Of a stretch of DNA of 64,000 nucleotides, positions 1-14,800 are shown piece after piece (position 1 is the first letter of the stretch; each line of letters starts with the position of its first letter). This stretch comes from Botryllus schlosseri. Taxonomy: Eukaryota. Where the stretch lies: contig CM119376.1 in assembly GCA_051294905.1 (NCBI GenBank), positions 10,726,001-10,790,000 of the forward strand. The letters run 5' to 3'. The notes beneath the pieces were generated by a model, which saw only the letters and a program-made list of their open reading frames with translations, did not search any database and had not been told where the DNA came from. A program made the position numbers and the translations under genes.

Positions 1-2765
1 ATTTGAATAATATCCTTGTCGCGTCAAACTGTGCTTATGTGGGTTATGAAACATATTTACCCTAAACACATTGAACCCCGGAAATATTCCCTGACCAATT
101 TGCCAGGTTATAATATCAGGTTATAATGTCAGATATAAAGTGATATTTTTGAAGTGCTGTTCTTGGGAATGATTGGCATTTTTCACGCTACTGTGACGCA
201 ACTGACCATAATTGTGTTCGTGATATCTCCAAAGTGGCAATTTATTTGATTTTCCTACTTGAGAGACTAGAAATTAACTCGCAATCCGTTAATGAGAAAA
301 GAAAGGGCGATATTATTGTGTGCAAATACTCGCGCTTTCCCTGTCTGGTACGCGATTAATCCAGTCTCAACTTGTAATTATTTAGGCCGCTTACGAGGGG
401 TTTAACTTAGGTTGAGATCGGTAATACATTCCATTCCTTTTTAGAACAGCGAGTTAACAGCAATAACAATGGCCCATATTGGCCGTTACTTCGTCTCACA
501 CTACTTTAGAAGGTTTAAACCTTCGTAAATTATTAAATGTTTCGGAACTGCGTAATCAATTACATAATATCGTAATCAGCTATTTTTCGAGTTGTTCCTG
601 ATCGCATCCGTGCTTTCTCGCGTACCAGCTGACACACAACGAACACTGCGCGAGCCGCCACATGTACACAAGTGTAGACCTGTACTATACCTATATAGAT
701 GTTGCTACTTGAGCTGGTTTGACACCTGGCGCTAGTTGATTGACTATTGAAATCACAGCCCATTGGTGTATACTTAACAGTGTATAATTAGCTAATTACC
801 ATCGTGAGTAATAATTGATTGACTATGCGCGATTTTACGAGTTTTTGACAGCCTGCAGCCTTGATTATTGGCCTACGCCAAACGGTAATGTAGTATATCA
901 ACTAGTTATCATTGGCGTATACTTGAGTGAAATTAACGATGTTGTTACATTCTCCTTCTCAATAACTATATGCCTGGCAATGTTCGCACCATGATCTCAG
1001 CGATTGTTATTGATATATCGCCGAATGTGGTCGTCCAGCAAGCGGAGAATTTTGTATATTGGGATTTAGAAATTCCGATTCTTAATTAGAGTTGGAGAAA
1101 TAAGGCAATTGCTTTACGTAGACCTGGTAAATTTGGACACTGACTTAGAAACCTGGACTTGGGTATATGAAATTAGCGAAATCGGTTATGGATTCGATGT
1201 AAAACTTTCGATGATTTTTAGCTTTGGCGTGAATTTTGAACGTGAAAAAGCCAGGTCGATTTAGACCACCGGTTCCAAGCAATGAGGTGTAGCAATAATG
1301 CAATAATTGATAACTTCGGATCGTGACGTTGGTATGTTACCGTGTTGCTGAAACTGTGGCTCGCGAGCTTTTCTAGGCATTAGGAGGTTTAAAGGATCGG
1401 AAATTGATATACCAACGGGTAGCGATCTGTCAAGTAGAAGGCTACTTGTTATCGCTAGGGGCAGACAGACACTCCCGGTTAAACCCCAGGAGAATGTAAC
1501 AAAAAGAAAACGGAAAAATAAAATCGGGATGACTGTTATCTGCCACCACACACGATGAATAGCACAATATCGGTTTGCTTAGGATCTTGTATCAACACAG
1601 AGTTTAGTCGTAAAACCGTGATAACTAGTCGGATCGTAGACTCGTGGATTCGAGTCTGTTATGTGTGGAGACTGCGCAGCGCTGTAGCCAAGGAATGTCA
1701 ACCACGCAATCAAATGGCATCCTTTCTAGTTTCACATTGCCTCAGTTTTATTGCGGTTTATTTTTAGTCGAATCCTCATCTGATCTGCTGTCGCGTTTGA
1801 CGGATCCTTTGTTTTCGAAGAGCGGCCTTGCATATGTCGCCTCGTGTATAGTTGTATGTTTTATATACCATGATTGTGACGTGACGCACAAAAGTCGAAT
1901 GTCTACCCGTCTCTGTGTGTGCCATCGGATTTCTAGGTTTTATTCTTAGTCTAAAAAGGCCATTGTTCAAGTTTACCGACGTCACATGCCGCTTATCATC
2001 CATACTCGGAGCGGGTGGTCTCGAGTACTCTCAGAGTTGTAGTGTTTGTTAGGATTTGCTGCGATAATCAAACAATCGCGAGCGCCGATCGGACTTCAAA
2101 GGATATTACAAGTCCACGGCTGCTTTCCTTGTAATCCCCAAAAATTCTGCGTCACGCTGAGGCCGGGATAAAACCGTCAATGAAGTATCGTAATGACTTT
2201 TGAATGACGAACAAATATGTCGGGAGGCCGTATATACACTTTCTGGAGATTAGCGGTTGTAATCATAGTGACGTGTTCGATTTTTAGACAAACGGTTGTT
2301 CGACAATTGGGCATGCGACGCTATAGCACTTTATAATGGGACTTTGCCACCCCAAAACTAACCCCAACTCCAACCCCCAAATTAAACCCAACCTTAAGTC
2401 CAACCTTCACCCTAGCCGTATCCTAACTTTAGCCTAAATGCTCACTACCCAGCTTTAGCGTGTCCATTGTCCAAGTGTCGCATGTCCAAGTCCATATAAC
2501 CAGGAACCGACATAAACAATAAGCATCGAATGAATGCCATCTTGGAGGAATTTTTCCGGTCAGCCACCTAAACTTCTTACGACCCAATGTGTTAAATTCT
2601 TGATGATGTTTCTCCAAGGTTTATATTCGATTAGTAATGTGGGTTAGACTGTCGTAAACAATAATATCAGCATTTTTCACTTTAGTGCACTAATGCCCGT
2701 TTATCGTCGGCGGTTCAACTTTCTTTGTAGATTATGATCAATTATTTAATTTTCGAAACATCTAC

Positions 2766-2798
2766 ACGGGGCCTACGATAAGTTATCGTAGGCCCCGT
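2766..2798. repeat. 33-bp perfect palindrome flanked by a 4-bp direct repeat CTAC
   Basis: ACGGGGCCTACGATAA-G-TTATCGTAGGCCCCGT; CTAC at 2762-2765 and 2799-2802. Confidence 0.8.
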
Positions 2799-5166
2799 CT
2801 ACATTACATTCATTTCTTGATAGGTAGTCGTAGTTGCAACCTATGTCTTAAAATCTTTTCATACGTAATAGAATCTCAAAACAAATACAAAGCGCCGTAA
2901 TCCAGTTGAAGTTGCCAAGCAAAACAAACGCGGCGTGACATAATTTTCGTTGCCATGTTCGCGACCTAGACTTCGATCTTTTAATCAGTGACTGCCTTTG
3001 ATGTTAACAGTGCGAGAGTTGATTTTATAAACGGTAAATCGGAAATGATAAACGGTAAAATGATTAATTATCGAGCCCCTCGTCGGCTTTGTCGTGATTC
3101 TCTCGACTAAAAACAAACTACTTTCACTTTTCCGGCGTCGCTGATGTTCAACACGGTCTGTGTTTGCGATCGGAGAAAGTTATTTAGTTTAACGGGCTGC
3201 ATTCTCACAGCAACGGGGCAGTTAATCGTAAACATACCACCGGTGAGACATAGATTAGGACGAGGGATAAAGCTCGTACGCAACCGTAGATATTTATCTC
3301 CATCTCAACAACCAAAGTGATTGAGAATGAACAGGATTTGCGAATCAATCTGTCATGGTCGTGGGCCGCCGTGGTTACCAAAATAAATCGCGAAAAGATT
3401 CCCGCCTTTCGAAATCTGATAACCATCGTCGTGGCATTGTTCAGGTCGTGTATGAAAACAGCACCCACGAAATTCGCACCATTATTCAATTTGACCCTAA
3501 GCCAATGACGGCGACGGGGTCTTGAGTATGACTTCGGGAAAAACAATCACCAGTGATTTCGACACGAGAGTAACTAACACATGACATAATGAGCCATCCA
3601 ACGCTTCACCTCTGTTGGCCTTTGAATTTACAAAGTGACATATACTGGTGTTATCTGGAGCGAATTGTACGTACACCGTACAGTCATAGCATGTCTTCCG
3701 ACCCCTGGGAACGCGTCGCAACACTGACGTTGAGATGACGGAACGCGTACTACAGACTTGGGTTCTGAGCTCATTATTTAGCCCTAACAGATGACTGGCA
3801 ATGTGAAATTTTACGTTGGCTTGATGTTGCTATGTAAACAATAACATGACCTCCGTTTTGGAGGGCATTGGTCAATGTCATGCGGTATATCCACATTATA
3901 AGTCACTTTCCACGCGAGAGTCTCATTTAATATTTTTTTTACATATTCTCACTTTCATTTTTAATTCAATTATGATATTTATGGATGAATTTGGTATGCA
4001 ATATTCGTAGAGATTTGAGGTAAATGCAGAATCAGTACATCTGTCCAGAACATGGCCTACCGATTATTCATAATTTTGCACGTTGCGACAACATCTTACT
4101 GGTGATGCAGAGGACCATTTTATCAGCCAAAGGTTTTTTTAAATATTATTCTCCTGCTGTTGCCAGCAAAGATGGTCAAATAGCCAGGGCTGCTACCCGA
4201 ATAGAAATTGAATCATTAATTTCCAGGACACGTCAAAACTGCTCCAAGAGGATGTAGACAACGAAAGATCTGAAACTTACCCGGGTAATTAGTTTCAAAA
4301 AGTTTTTCGACCGGTCTGGTACTGTTAGCAAGTGAAATCGGCGGTTATTACTTTCGAAATGGCAAGTGTCTGCACGACTGACGTAAAATGAGTATAATGA
4401 CATTACAAATAGGTAGAATATTCGAAAATACATTCACCCACCGTGATACTGCGGATATTTCGCGTGGTTATTATTAAAATTTCACTCGATGGAACACAAG
4501 CGTTGGCAAAATCATGCGCCCACAAAACAGAATCGTCCACGGTCCGACGAACGTTTTTATTGGCGACCACCGCACTGCGACAGCCCACTTCACACTATCA
4601 GACCGTGTGATTGCTTTATCGCACGGATCAGAACTATTCGAGGTATGACGTGATGAATACACGGTTGTCCGAACGACATTCTTTATTCAGCGCTGTGGGA
4701 TCAGTCACGCTATTTGCCGCTGCAATAATAATCAGCGACAAAGCAAAACGCGGGGCAGCCCAGGATTTGAAACCGCGCGAAACAGTTGATAGATGAGCCG
4801 TGGCGAAAATAACGGGCAGGTGCGCGTCAAGGCCTGCGTGCGGTACGAATAGGTCTTGAAAGAGTTGTGATTCCAAACAAACACAATTAACACCGAATCG
4901 TTGGTGAGGTATCGCGTTAGCTCTAAAGATATGCGGACACGCGAATTTCCGAATCCGAATTCACCCTAGTCCGGATAGAAATGTCAAATTCCGAGTCCGG
5001 ACAATCCGGTCCTTCCGAAAAATCCAACTATATGTAAAGATTTCTGTAAAAAAATTGCTAAAATCCGCCTTTCGAAGCAATTTTAAAATCCTGCTCCGAA
5101 ACCGGATTGCGATCGCTCTGGTAATTCCCAGCATTCTAAATATGACATATTGCAATCACCGTCGCT

Positions 5167-5339
5167 GTGTGGCATTGGTGCTGTTTACGACTACAATGGT
5201 CATGGTCTTTGGTCAGTGACACCAGGCCTGGATAAACCTCAAACACTCGGGATGGGATTCTGCAGTCGACCTCGATCGTACTCGAACCGGCAACCTATTG
5301 CTGTTGCAGCTGTGGATCATACCACTACGCTATCTCGCC
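5167..5339 (-). mobile_element. tRNA-derived SINE, degenerate and internally deleted
   Basis: Reverse complement of the GGCGAGATAGCG...GCTGCAACA...GGTTCGAG head and of the 3' body. Confidence 0.7.
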
Positions 5340-6753
5340 TCGAACAATCACCGTCACGTCTAAATTGCTACGTGCACCTCATGTTAAGCGATGGCACGCA
5401 GTAATGGCCGGTAACAGCTATCCGCGTGGAGAGCTCAAAATGTAGTATAAATCGTGTGTGTGTATTGGATTTGTGTATGCAATCGTTTCGGGGAATTCAT
5501 AATCTTTGGGACTGAGTGACAAATCTCGTGTCCAAAACTTCGCATCGATATTTGTTGGTAGCTCGCCATTAAGGGCGGGCATATGGGGCTGACCACAACG
5601 GATTACTCAATTAGAGCGATAGCGAAATTGGCACTGTGGTCGGTCAGACCGTCTGAAAATTGCTTGCGCTATCACCGCGTACTGGCGCCTGGTGACGTAA
5701 TTGGCGTTATCACCGATTTATCCCAATCTGCGTCACGCCTCAACGGGTTTTCACGCTCACAGCATTAATGAGCCATTTGATGTAGCAACCTCTGACTATA
5801 GGCCACCATCGCGAATTTAACTTCAACAAAGTACGAGGAACTTGCCGGTGGTCTAATCGTCGGAGCTGAGAAGACGTAATTCGGCCTGAGGACTTCTGTG
5901 GAGTCGTGACTCACGTACTCTATGGCATATATGCCACATATACTTGCTTTACGGAAAAATCGCATTATGTTTCTCCCTCTGAGTCTATTCTATGTTGCCT
6001 GCTGAAGAGTAACAAATAATGATGAAGTGATTTAGAATGTATTGCACGGTCAATCATGTACACCATGTACACCTGTGTTTATCGATAAAATTAGATTTGC
6101 TTATCTCTAATAGGAGAATTTTAACGATTACGCGTCGCGTCCGACAATTGGATCTGTGAAGTTTGTTTGTAAAACCTAAATTATTCAACACTTGGGCGGT
6201 ATTAGGCGCATGATCGGGCTATTTCCGCATTCCCTCGTAATTTTCGTATCTTCACTCCTTGTAGTTGGCCAATTCAAAGCGTCCGGTCTTTACCGCATTC
6301 GTGTCGCATAAAAATCGAGATGGCTAATGATGCTAAGAGATTTTATCGCGATAGTCGCCCTTGAGGCTGTATCTACAGGGATATACTAGGCACGGTTTGG
6401 CGCCAATCTTAAATCCGAAGTAAGGAACATGTCAAATCGGTTTCATTAGTTTCGCGTTATACCGTGTTGTAACGAAGCTATATTGTATAGGCTCAACTGT
6501 CTAATCCGGGACTGTGCAATGTGCATCTTGCGGTCCGCGAAGAGCTACCAAATTCAAATGGTGTGTGGACGCCGAATGACATTCCAATTTAGCTTAAATT
6601 TAGAGTCTGTTACGTTTGAGCTCAATTGAGCTATAAGAGAAGGGACAAAACAATAGAATCACTAGCATATGAATAGCATACTGACATGAATATTTTTGAC
6701 GAAATCTAGTATTTCACCGGTCTAAAGGGTTGCACAAATGCACGTCTCTGATC

Positions 6754-7020
6754 TCATCCACTACAAATGCACACTTTGCTGTTCATTGATACCACCACAT
6801 CATCACAATGTAGACATGAAGCTATATGGTTTTTTAATGATGCCTTGGTGTCTTTTACTGTCAGCTTGGAACAACTGTCGTCAAATATCCCAACGGTCAA
6901 CGGGCGTATAGCCAAGACACACATTTGGATCGGCCCAAAAATATCGAACAGAAATGTGACGTTGCAGATAGTGTGACGCGACAAACCCTTGGATTTTAAG
7001 GGGAATTGTTCAATGCGCAT
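6754..7020 (-). pseudogene. Possible decayed Penelope-like GIY-YIG endonuclease fragment
   Basis: FPLKSK...CNVTFLF...RPLTVGIFD...SLKNHIASCLHC follows the spacing of the PLE motif F.LK.K...NVVY.F...R.L..R..EH...S.I..H...C..C; catalytic GIY/YIG residues are eroded. Confidence 0.4.
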
Positions 7021-8743
7021 TCTTCCACTCTCTAATTGTCAGTCGTGTAAACACTTCCCACTGCAACATTGAGATAATGCATGAACCCGATTTACATTGT
7101 TTACAGCCCTCCCTAAACGCAATGAGCGGCCATACGTGTCTCTGTGTTTCTTTATCCCGATCGCTTTTGCATTCCCGGCAACGCCACGGTTCTTATCAAA
7201 CATCACCGCGCTGAAAGCTTTTTGTTGTACCTCACCCGAAGCGCGCCGCCGAATGATTAATGCCCGAATCTCACGTGCCAGTTGTTCTCACGGCCACATT
7301 CCGGCGTCAACAAATCCCACGATTGCGGCATTGTTTTAAAATGATTTTTCGCCGGCTTTGAGTGGGCCCATTGTCGTGGTGCGATTGACTTACCACGCAT
7401 TGTCGTCATTAACGCGTCATCAAAAAGGACTGGGTAATCGACTGCATTCTACAGCCCCGAGAGCACTTTGTCATTCTGTTGCAAAAATACCGACACGTCT
7501 TTAGGCACCAGGTGGAGACCTAAAGACGCTGACTATACGGATAAAAGTTGCTTTTCATTATCACGCTATTTTGTTGTTTTAAAGGTAACCGTTAATACTA
7601 GCTGAATATTTTCTTCCGGGCAACGGAATACTAAACCCATTCTAGTTTTCTCACCCATTTCACACTCTTTCATGATTTCCCCAACCCCAAACACATTCCA
7701 AACCCGCGTTTCGGAAGCCACTATCAAGAGCGATGACCCTTGGAAGTGTTTTGCGAAATTATAAACAGCGAAAGCGGTGGAGTTATGGAAGTTGACCGCA
7801 CATTCCAAATATATGAATATCTCCAATACACCGCAAAGTTATCAGACCGTACCCGGTATTTCAGATATTCGTAGGGATTTCCCTCTAATTATCATCGCTT
7901 TAAATATTAATGTGGAAAAGGGTGTATTAGTATTCAACGTACATAGATTTGATATCATCAACTTTCATTTTATTCAATCGAATCGCTATATTCTTGACTC
8001 CCGTGTCAGTCGCCGATTACGATCCCGCAATTAGAGCGCCATCTTAATGCGGAAATTAATCGCAACTTAGCTATGGAATTTGATATCTTAATATTTTCAA
8101 TGTTACGGTCAATCGACTTCATAAGTGGATAACCGGTATCAATTTAATGTTTAGTCGTAAAGAGGGTAACCGATTTTTTCGTAATATCCGAGTTACTGCG
8201 ATATCGGGTAGATTACATTTCTTAATATTGGCTTAATCGGGGATAAGCCGTATCCCATCCCGTCGATGTTACCACGCGATATAGGAAAGTGTATTATATA
8301 CATTTGCTCTCTCGGTGGATATTATATTTCGTGAATAACTGTGACAAACGTGATTTTCGTCACGATCTGTATCCACGCGCTGATTCAACAATCAAGACAA
8401 GCCCGCGACGCGCAGAAAATTTCACCCAAGCTAAATCATCACTACCATCGAAGGAGTGTTGTAGTTGTAATCCCATGGATATTTTCGTCGTATGCTAACA
8501 TTACAGGAACACGCTTACACGTTGCCAATTCCCCACGCATATGTACACACAATATGGTGCGTTTGCTACTTTTGTATGCGGATAATGAATTCGTGTATCA
8601 ATCCAATAGTAGCCTAAATCGTGTTAAAAGCAAGAGGTATCGTATTACTACGTAAACGCTGTAGAAGATTTAACCATTTATTAAATTAGTTTCAAGTCAA
8701 TACATTATTGATCTTCGTAATCATGATCGACTATTTTGTTCAG

Positions 8744-8815
8744 AGATCTTTCATACAACAAAATTGGCATCATTCAAAGGAAGACACTCCGAGGCCCCAA
8801 GAGCCTGCGAACATT
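8744..8815 (+). CDS. slit: Slit exon, LRR domain 1
   Basis: 72-bp phase-2 LRR exon [24 protein letters not shown]; ttcag/gtaagt. Confidence 0.93.
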
Positions 8816-11800
8816 GTAAGTCTGTTTTCGGTACCTTTTTCTTATAGTATCCTCAGACAATGTTGTTTGCGTGGTGAAACACAGGAAAAACTCATCCTCT
8901 TTCAGGAAAGAACGCTCTACGCTATTTCTGGAATTTTTTAAGCCCTAACTGGTCTGCCACGGCACGCTATAGGGCAGGAAACGTTGTGAAGTCATGTTTG
9001 CCACTGCTGTACGATATGGGGCTTAAACGCACGCACCCGGTATTGATTACAATACCCGATCTGAATCTCATTCGCGGAATTCGCGTTGGATTACCGATGC
9101 ATTGTTGAAATGCCGCTAAACGCCGCCAGACTTGTCGTGGGTTCACCCAGCATCAAGACAGTTAAATTGCAATGGTAAACATGCTGTTTTCTTGATTTTT
9201 GATGGATTACCAGAAAATCCGGTGCGATATCGAACTTCACAGTGTATCGTCTTACCTCTTTGAAAAACACGTCGGATAAATGGCCGGCTTCCGTATACGA
9301 AAAACATGTCATTCAATTTTCTCTTTCGAACGTTGCCGTTGTATTCGTCTGCTTCAGTACTAAATTCGGGGTTTGCCAATTGGTCATGACGAAGCATGTC
9401 GGCCATGCGTAATTTGCGTTGGATATATGAAATTTGCTATGGGAGTCTTTAGTCTTTGAAAACCAAAATAGCGTACGTCGAAGTAAGCTCTTGGAGCCGC
9501 CTACTAATTAAATGGTCAAGTGTTAGAGATGGTGCGAGCCCCTGAAAGGTTCTGGTTCGTGTAGACACGAAAATTCGAAATTCCTCATTGAACACGGACG
9601 TGAAACTAACTTATAACATCTTGTGATGTCAAAATGCTAGTTCCAATCAAATATATCATTTGCGCCTTATCAGACATAGATAAAGATAATCCCGTCACTG
9701 GGCTAGGTCCAGCATGTGGCGGTGATGAAAGCGTGTTATAGGTCAAGCGGCATTATCAAAGCTCAGTACAATTTATTACGCCATAAGGTTTATGATGATT
9801 TTACTTTGCTGTCATCGTGATACTGTTAAAATCATCCGAGGAATTTTATCAGTAATGTTAAGAATACTGGAAAATACAGTGGAGAGATAGCGTATGGTGG
9901 TACGTTCCGCAGATGCAACACCAATGACTTATGATCGGTCGACTCCAGAATACCTCCTCTCCACGTCGTCCGTTTAAATGGGTGTCGTACAAAAGCGTAG
10001 AATGAAAGTGGGCCGTGCCACAAGTCCGCAGATAAGAAATATCGGCCTGTTGTAAAATGATCATGGTATAGTCGAAACACCATCAATACTGAATACCAAT
10101 ACATACAAAAACTGTTATTTCACAAAAATGTTCACATGAGTAGAACCTGTCAAGGTTCGTTTGAGAACGTGAACCAACCGCACGCTATAAAGTATATTAA
10201 ATTAAAGTTTTCAAAAATGCGCTGTCACCGGCGTTAATAGTGGCGAGATAGCGCAGTTGTGTAATCCGCGGCTGCAACACCAATGGGTGCGGGTTCGAGT
10301 CCGACAGAGGCAGACTTCAGAATTCCTATACCTAAGTGTTGTAGGTTTATCTAGGCTCCTCCTAGCCACCTCATCCGCGTAAGCGGTGTCTTACAAAAAG
10401 CCTAGAAGTTGGCCGTGCTATAAGTCAGCAGTTACGGGGAAAAATTTGATGAATATCGGCCTGGTGTGAATGACCATAGTAATCGACAAGCACCATGAGT
10501 ACCACTAAACAAACAAACCGGCTTTATTACGGCATAACAGTGATTGCCGCGGACGATAATCGACTAATTACAATAAGATTCGACAGTCGCCTCTCAAAAC
10601 GTTTGATTAGTACCGTTCTTATATAGTTGCGGAATGTCTACGGCTGTGATTGCTTCACTCTTTAACTGATTGATATTTACGCCAGAGCTCCAATGACCTT
10701 TTAAACCCACCCGATTACAGTACTCCACTACTCTCGAATCGTGATAGCTGCCGCCGGCCCGCGGATTTTCCCACCGTATGTACGCCTGTGTTTGTTGAAC
10801 TTGAGTCTTCGAGTGTGTTTTATTGGATCGCTCTTGCAAAATAGTCGTGAATTCGCAGCTCCGTTGGCAAATCTTTTGTTTTCACAACTCGATTCGGGCT
10901 TATGCGAAGTACCCGTTATCGAAGAGAGCTTGGTTTACATGGTTTGCATTCTTTGTTCAACACCAGCTGGCTTGTGTTCGCTATTGAATCCGATACCCTG
11001 TTTTGGTTTAAGAAGCGCAGTTTTAATCGCAGGTGTTCGCTATTGAACCGCGCGAATATCCTTCCGGTTAAGAGTGGCTATAGAAAAATTCGATACATAC
11101 AGCGAAATAAATGAACCTCACGGGTCAAGACGGATGGCTTTAGCTGGGTGCGCTATGTGTGTGTCAAGCAATATTGGGTAGATATGTCATTTCGTATTTG
11201 GGATGTAGCGAACCGGGCGACACGCCGATCATAATAACATCCTGACCCTAAACGCGGTGTATGTAAATATTTGGACTCATCTAAAAATACTGCGGACAAA
11301 CTACGGTGCTTTATTAGCGGATCGATTACCATTTTCATAAAATGCTACGTACGGCAGGTGTGCGTTAGAGTACATTTTGTGGAGTATTCGATCGTGAAAT
11401 GTGGCTTTGTGAGATGTGTTTCTTGCGCGTATACGATACATCATTTTCGCTCGACCGATCAAGGTTTCGTTACTGTGACAATCCGAATACTATTAGTCCA
11501 ATGCTGGGTTAGCGTACTGCGCATACCCGCTTAGCTACACCGTCGAAGACATTTCCGCTATGCCGTCACGATATGCCCAGAATCAACGGCATTTCCTTCC
11601 CTTAAAATCTGACCTTTTCTTGCCTATATCCCTATACGCATTAACATTACACACGTACGGTTGTTTTCCTCTGTTTATGAATCTTCTCGTTTGTCGGTAT
11701 AAGTCTGAATATACGTTCGGAAACCAATACTCTAGAACAGTGGTTCTCAACCTTTTTGGCTTCGCGGACCCCTTTTGACCGTCACGGACTCCCGCGGACC

Positions 11801-14800
11801 CCCTCAAGTTTTGGTTCAATTTTAGCTCTATTGTTGCGCAACCTTCATATCTGTCTTGTGCATTTGTGCAAACATGAATTGTAGGCATGTGATAAACAGC
11901 AAAATAATGATTTTTCTTGAAAATAACATCATACATTTATGTAGAAATTGGAAGACTTTTATTTTTCCAAAGCTAATTTTGCTGCTGTATTTTTTGAAGT
12001 ACGTGGTCGTGTCATGAAAATTCGCGTCTTCGTTTTGGTATGAACGAGTAGTGCCGAAAACCATTTCTACAAAGACAGATGGAGGCTAATGCTATATTAA
12101 CGCATAACGCTTCCGACGATACTTTTGGTGTGATCGTAACATTTATGGCGCCAAAATGAAGAAACATATATTTTATGAACATATCACATCTAGCATCTAG
12201 CGCAGCGACGGGCAACATACGGACCGCGGGCCGGATTGGGCCCGCGACGGCATTTTGATCGGTCAAAATGGACAAATTTTATGCGCCAAATAATGGATAC
12301 AAGTTTTCCAACCTGAGAAAGACTGTCATTAAACGACTTGTTCTGTTCGGGTTTACATATATTTTTACGAGCAAACATTTTCTACCAGGAACAATTGAAC
12401 ATTAACAAGAAAAGGCTGCATAACAATATAGCTGGTGATGTGAATTTCAGGTTTGGAGCGTAATGCTTTGATAGCAACGAACCACTCCTTGTTCATCAAA
12501 AAACCAGCCTTGTCGATAGAGGGCATCCGCAATAAGAATGCGCCAAATTAGGGAAATACTTCGGAAATTTTTATTTCAAACGACTGTACACTAATTTGAT
12601 GAGACTGACAACTTCAAATCGAGAAGGTTTCGCAGACATTACGAAGTCTACATGATTGACGTTACTATCTCCATATTTTTATACTTTTCACAAACCCAAA
12701 TATAACGTCACTAAACAGCAATGTGTTTGTATCAGCAGGTTAATGGAAAATTGGCAATGAAAATGAATATCCACACTGCAATAGTTCATGTCAGACAATT
12801 ATTATGATGATATGAGTCATTAGGTTTTAGCAGTTGTGGTGCGAAACTGCATCATGCTTTCTCAAATTAAAAAATAAAATAAAAATTAGGTTATCAACCA
12901 TTTAAAAAGTTTAGAGGTCTCGCGGACCCCCTGAAATTGCTTCGCGGACCCCCGGTTGAGAACCGCTGCTCTAGAAACAAGATTATAATTTATTTTACCT
13001 TACCAGGCAATTGAACCACAACGAAATTACATGCATCCACGAGAACAGCCTGCGCTCGCTGAGACGACTCGAATTCCTCACCTTCGATAACAACAGAATC
13101 ACCACTTTCTCCCCGCAGAGTTTCTCGCACCTCGCGCGGCTGCGCACATTGTAAGGCGGCGCTGACCTTGGAAAATTCTTCCTATCATACTCAAATCCTA
13201 AACTTTTCAGCCGTTTTCATCAAAACCCGCTGAACTGCAACTGTCATCTCAGCTGGATGGCGAACTGGCTTCGCGAGCTCCCTGGGGCCGGACTGTACAC
13301 GCAATGCGCCGAGCCGTCGCACCTTCGCGGAACTGAAATCAAACACTTGCAAGCCAGCGAATTTGTATGCGAAGGTGTGTGAGCGATAGATGTCAATTTG
13401 GTCTTCGTGCGTCTGTGGAGATAAAGTTAAGTCATTACTAGGGCTAGGCCAAGGCTGAGCGATCCCATTCCGAATCGAGTGTTCGAGTATCACTCATTAT
13501 GACATCATCATAGGATGGATATATACTTTTTACGCCACCACAAAGAAAGTAATGCCAATTTTACATCGCATTAAAAAGAATTTCTTCTTTTTTTCGATGT
13601 ACTTTACCACAATGCTGTAAGTAAGTTGATCATGACTTCATAGGAATGTCATTTCCAGTATCGTGAGGATCTTTCTACTGCATGTTGTGGACGCTTCGAC
13701 ACTATCAATCGCGGTGTCAATGTTTCCACGCTTGGAAAAGGTATCGAAACTATAATTCTCGTTAAACTCGTAGGGGACAGTGACGTATCATTTAAGTCCC
13801 CGACAAAAATTGTCTATCACTACAAATAATGCTAGATTCGGAATATTGGACTTATCGAATTATTGCGCCTGGCCCTGGAATTTAGAATTGGATTTGGATC
13901 TGCAACCGGGAACAGAACTTGGATTTGAAAATATTAAACCCACTCATCTCTCCTCTTTAGCTTAGAATAGCGCGTCCACTGTACAATGTACAAGGTCACG
14001 CTCTTGGCGACGCCTTGGGCAGCGCGATGAACTTTACCTGACTGGACTTAACTCCCGAATTGACCCGCGACATGCGCTGTTCCGCTGTCATTTCGCAACA
14101 TGTCATGTACAAGAGTCGGAAGTTGAACAGCAAAGCCGTCTTGATCTCGTGTTATCTCAAAATAACGGCCGATGCGCTGCCAGACAATGTGTCTGAGTTA
14201 ATCGGGCGCGTCGAGCAGGTAGCGATTATGGAGAGTTTGCTAAATTGCGGCGTCGCCCGTCGCCGCATAAACACGGGGTGGATTTCAAAGGCACCGATAA
14301 GTATCGGTTGGGATCGATCGGACGCCGGAATAAAAGAGGGGGTCGGGGCGTAATCGTTGTCGGGGCCCACCCGCGACAATGTGAGACGATCGATGTTTGA
14401 GGGTAATAAAATTCCGGGTTCATTATCTATAAATGATTTATGAGCTCAAGTTGAGTTCATATTCTGAACTTCTCGCAACGCCAGTGTAGCATTCCATTCA
14501 CGTATTCTCAATGGCGAATATAAAGGCTTCTCTGGCTGCAATGGGTCTAACTAAGAAGACTATAGGAGTCACACTAAGACTGGTCGCATTCTCAAATCCA
14601 AATCTCGAATGCATTACGTGTTATCTCCGAATCCAAATCGTGAACGCAAATGCAACTCAAACTCATTCGTTGGTTGAATGAAATATAAAAATTACTTCCG
14701 TGACCAAATCCTAAACATCGTAAATTGAAATCGTTTTCGAAAATTTAAATTCAGTCCGTTGAATCCAAATTCATGATCAAATCCGAGTATATTTCACAGG

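Noticed and set aside
3205-3546. - strand ORF with WLRVKL...EINIYGC, reminiscent of a discoidin/F-type lectin domain
   Set aside because: No convincing splice context or partner exons, key residues are missing, and the resemblance is only two short motifs
9257-9406. Possible antisense first exon (ATG...QR/gtaaga) within a Slit intron
   Set aside because: No recognisable homology and no downstream in-frame exon found
10242-10312. tRNA-Cys-like sequence
   Set aside because: The acceptor stem and D arm do not form, and it continues into a repeated body with an (AAAC)n tail, so it is a SINE head, not a tRNA gene
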